64,000 bases of DNA, from IMG/VR virus record IMGVR_UViG_3300020391_000004, positions 67,615 to 131,614 of that record; one strand, 5' to 3'. Origin of the DNA: a virus. The notes under the pieces were generated by a model. The model was not told the origin of the DNA. It did not search any database and saw nothing but the letters and a program-made list of their open reading frames with translations. The position numbers and the translations under genes are program-made. The stretch's first letter is position 1. Each line of letters begins with the position of its first letter. This document shows, in pieces, positions 61,529 to 64,000 of the stretch.

Positions 61529-62284
61529 TTAGCCAATTATAAATGAAAGTGGATCAGATCCATCCACATAATTACGTAATTCTTCGTCTAGTTTGTCTAG
61601 CTCTACCTGTGCCTCTGCTTTTAAGGAATCACCATTTAAACTTGTTCCGCCTTGTGGTCCTGCAATAGTGCTGAATTTACTTCTTGCTTCGCCAAGTGTA
61701 TATTTTGCTAGGGCTAAAGCATAATCTTGTATCCATGGCCCTGCATGTCTATCCTGTAATAATCTACTTTCAGGACGCAGATTATATGTCCATAACACAA
61801 GTACTTCTCCGCTGGCACTAAATTTTCTTAATACAGTTATAACTTTTGTAACAGGATTAAAATCAAAATTAACAAATCCACCAAAAAGTCTAGCACTCAG
61901 TTCCTGATACTGATAATACATTTCGTACGTAGCCATGCCGCCTATACGTCCACTTTGTAATAGGTAAGTATTTTGAAAAGCTGCTTCGAATGGTTCGAAT
62001 TGTGTACCAGTTTCGTTACTACCACTACCGACACTACGTCTAAATACCTGCCTTACTTCTTCTATTTCATCGGGCAATGTATATTCTTGTTGTTCTTTTA
62101 CAACACTCAAAAACACATAAGAACTTTCATATGCATTTTGACTACGTTGTCTGAAACGTTTTACAGACTTATCAATTACATTATCATAATGACTGGGATC
62201 AAGTTCAACGTCTACCATACCATCGCCTAAGCGATAGCGAATGTAATCTACTGTGTCTGATCTTAAACTTGCTAGTGTTGCCAT
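61529..62284 (-). CDS. neck protein (gp13-like)
   Basis: RLGDGMVDVEL, WIQDYALALAK..LGEARSKF and GPQGG.SLNG. Confidence 0.85.
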   Translation of the reverse strand: MATLASLRSDTVDYIRYRLGDGMVDVELDPSHYDNVIDKSVKRFRQRSQNAYESSYVFLSVVKEQQEYTLPDEIEEVRQVFRRSVGSGSNETGTQFEPFEAAFQNTYLLQSGRIGGMATYEMYYQYQELSARLFGGFVNFDFNPVTKVITVLRKFSASGEVLVLWTYNLRPESRLLQDRHAGPWIQDYALALAKYTLGEARSKFSTIAGPQGGTSLNGDSLKAEAQVELDKLDEELRNYVDGSDPLSFIIG

Positions 62285-62303
62285 AGTGTATCCTTATATA
62301 CAC

Positions 62304-62310
62304 TATTTAT
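62304..62310 (-). promoter_or_regulatory. late promoter ATAAATA for the neck gene
   Basis: Read directly. Confidence 0.7.
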
Positions 62311-63461
62311 TAATTATTGACTGCCTTAAGTATGACAGTATCATTGTTAAATCTTCCATTAAGTCTTGTTTCGACACCTTTTATATTACTTAAAAACTTA
62401 CGTAATTGTACTTTACCACTTTTATTGAATTCAGCAAGTTGTTGTTCAGGTTTACGAAGTGTTTTTGCTACACTTTGTTTTTCATTGAAAAATTGTAACG
62501 TAGTCCCTTTTACCTGTAAGGTGTCATGTTCATTTGCAATATACTTACCAATTTTTCTTGTTTTAGTATTGAATATCCATAATTCGTTGCATCCAATTAT
62601 ATCTGCAGGATTTATACTAGCAACTTTATATTTCTCATCAGACTTACAATACTTCATTTTTGAAACTAGTTTATCAGCACTTTTTGGTTTAGGTGATCTA
62701 GTTTTTCTTGTTGCTTTACTTTCAGCAGTAATTAAGTCACATGCTCCTACTATACCTTGAAATAATTCAACGGCTTTTTTTATTTCTAATTTACCTAAAT
62801 GTGCATAGCCTTCTCTTAATTGTTCGTCTTGTTGAGTAGCAGGCTTTTGTAACATTAAGTATTCACCTAATATACCCTCATAAAAAGCACGGATATGTCT
62901 TGCATGAGCTTGGTTTACTTGTTTTGCACGAAAAAACTTTACAACATCGAACTTTTTAAAACCTTTTGGATCTTGTAAAAATCTATCCACCTCATCTTCA
63001 ATATGAGAAATAATATTTCCACTTGCTTCTTTAATGCGTTCTTGAATACTAGGGACATACACATTCTTAGGTTTAGCCGCTTCTTCTGCTTTTACTTCCT
63101 CTACGATGGATAATCCTTTGTTATATAGTTCTTCAAAGTATCCTTCCATCCAATTGACACTATCTTGTGGTGCTTCTTTTCCTTCAGCTACCCAATGACA
63201 GTATCCAGCTATAAATTGTTTTCCAAATTTATATTCCTTGTTTTTAAATATTACTTTAGATTTTTCCTTACTATACACCTTCTTAATGTGTGTTTTAACA
63301 ATATTCACACATTCTTTTGTGTCTACATTAAAATGAAAAAAGTCACTATGTTTTTTGTAATCATCCATAGGAGCCGCTTTTGCTCCTACAGTCTTTCTAC
63401 GAGCAATAGTTTTTTTCTTAGAAAGTCTTTTTCCTTTAAGTGCGGTTAAACCCATATCCAT
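62310..63461 (-). CDS. conserved hypothetical phage protein
   Basis: 383 aa; PSIQERI, VKGTTL, KTLRKP and NGRFN. Confidence 0.7.
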   Translation of the reverse strand: MDMGLTALKGKRLSKKKTIARRKTVGAKAAPMDDYKKHSDFFHFNVDTKECVNIVKTHIKKVYSKEKSKVIFKNKEYKFGKQFIAGYCHWVAEGKEAPQDSVNWMEGYFEELYNKGLSIVEEVKAEEAAKPKNVYVPSIQERIKEASGNIISHIEDEVDRFLQDPKGFKKFDVVKFFRAKQVNQAHARHIRAFYEGILGEYLMLQKPATQQDEQLREGYAHLGKLEIKKAVELFQGIVGACDLITAESKATRKTRSPKPKSADKLVSKMKYCKSDEKYKVASINPADIIGCNELWIFNTKTRKIGKYIANEHDTLQVKGTTLQFFNEKQSVAKTLRKPEQQLAEFNKSGKVQLRKFLSNIKGVETRLNGRFNNDTVILKAVNN

Positions 63462-63651
63462 ACTCCCTCTGCATCTCGTGTTCGTAATTATGAAATTCTA
63501 TCTTCTTCCTTTCAATTATATCATCTATTTTTACAATAGCATTTATAACTTCAGGTGTATGTTTTAATTTCTTAAGACTATTTATTGCAGTTTCTAAGTC
63601 TTCAATATCAATTATTAAATCGTTCATTTTATCCTCATAAAAGTTTTGCAT
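63436..63651 (-). CDS. hypothetical protein
   Basis: Short coiled-coil ORF in operon. Confidence 0.5.
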   Translation of the reverse strand: MQNFYEDKMNDLIIDIEDLETAINSLKKLKHTPEVINAIVKIDDIIERKKIEFHNYEHEMQREYGYGFNRT

Positions 63652-63916
63652 CTACACCAGTAATAGTTGTTAGTTTCTTAATAATACTATTAACATCCTC
63701 AACTGTCAACCAACCTTTTACTGTATCTCCTTCATCAGTAATGCCTGGTAGTTGTATCATATTATCATTTTCAAAAATACATATTTCATAAAAGCCTCCT
63801 GCGGCTCCATAGGAAATTTCGTTTTTTACAACACTTAAAATGTATTTTTCAAAATCATAGTTTGCTTTGTATCCCCTAGGATTTATTGTGTCTGTCATTA
63901 CATCTGGATGAAACAT
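63635..63916 (-). CDS. conserved hypothetical protein (YEICIF...VKGWLT)
   Basis: 93-aa ORF with RBS. Confidence 0.65.
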   Translation of the reverse strand: MFHPDVMTDTINPRGYKANYDFEKYILSVVKNEISYGAAGGFYEICIFENDNMIQLPGITDEGDTVKGWLTVEDVNSIIKKLTTITGVDAKLL

Positions 63917-64000
63917 TTTATTATCCTATTTAATATCTTCAAGTTTAGAACCACCTTTACATACAAACCCAGGCGGTGCCCATAATGTATGGTTTAAATC

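Noticed and set aside
1-64000. Stop-codon reassignment or alternative genetic code
   Set aside because: Conserved genes (terL, sheath, recA, uvsW) are full length under code 11, and TAA, TAG and TGA all end genes

Overview
This window is part of a large, AT-rich, lytic T4-related myovirus genome. I saw no rRNA, tRNA, integrase, reverse transcriptase or CRISPR array, and most genes are on the minus strand. Right end (43-64 kb): neck, tail sheath and tube, head-completion nuclease, terminase, probable internal head proteins, SSB, RecA/UvsX and UvsY. 29-43 kb: a late-promoter-driven cluster of glycosyltransferase-like, methyltransferase, kinase and dioxygenase genes, with an embedded ExbB/ExbD-like membrane triad. 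13-29 kb: an early (host-takeover-type) region of small genes driven by 8 copies of one sigma70-type promoter, interrupted by a TctC-TctA transporter operon. 0-13 kb: replication and repair genes (minimal DnaE-like protein, clamp-loader subunit, UvsW, Nth) and auxiliary genes (purM, clpP, psiE, sufE, fdxA, amidinotransferase). A marine alphaproteobacterial host is an inference from the auxiliary genes. The best candidate for an undescribed system is an RNA-based control layer over early genes. (i) Early genes share an extended Shine-Dalgarno AGGAGAGA, and a 3'-UTR hairpin at 12.8 kb presents two tandem exact complements of it. (ii) A ~94-nt promoter-to-terminator RNA at 19.5 kb is perfectly complementary over 13 nt to a hairpin loop in the leader of the first early gene at 28.9 kb. 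(iii) Several late genes appear leaderless and so would be immune to anti-SD RNA. All family calls come from motif recognition by eye; no searches or folding programs were run.
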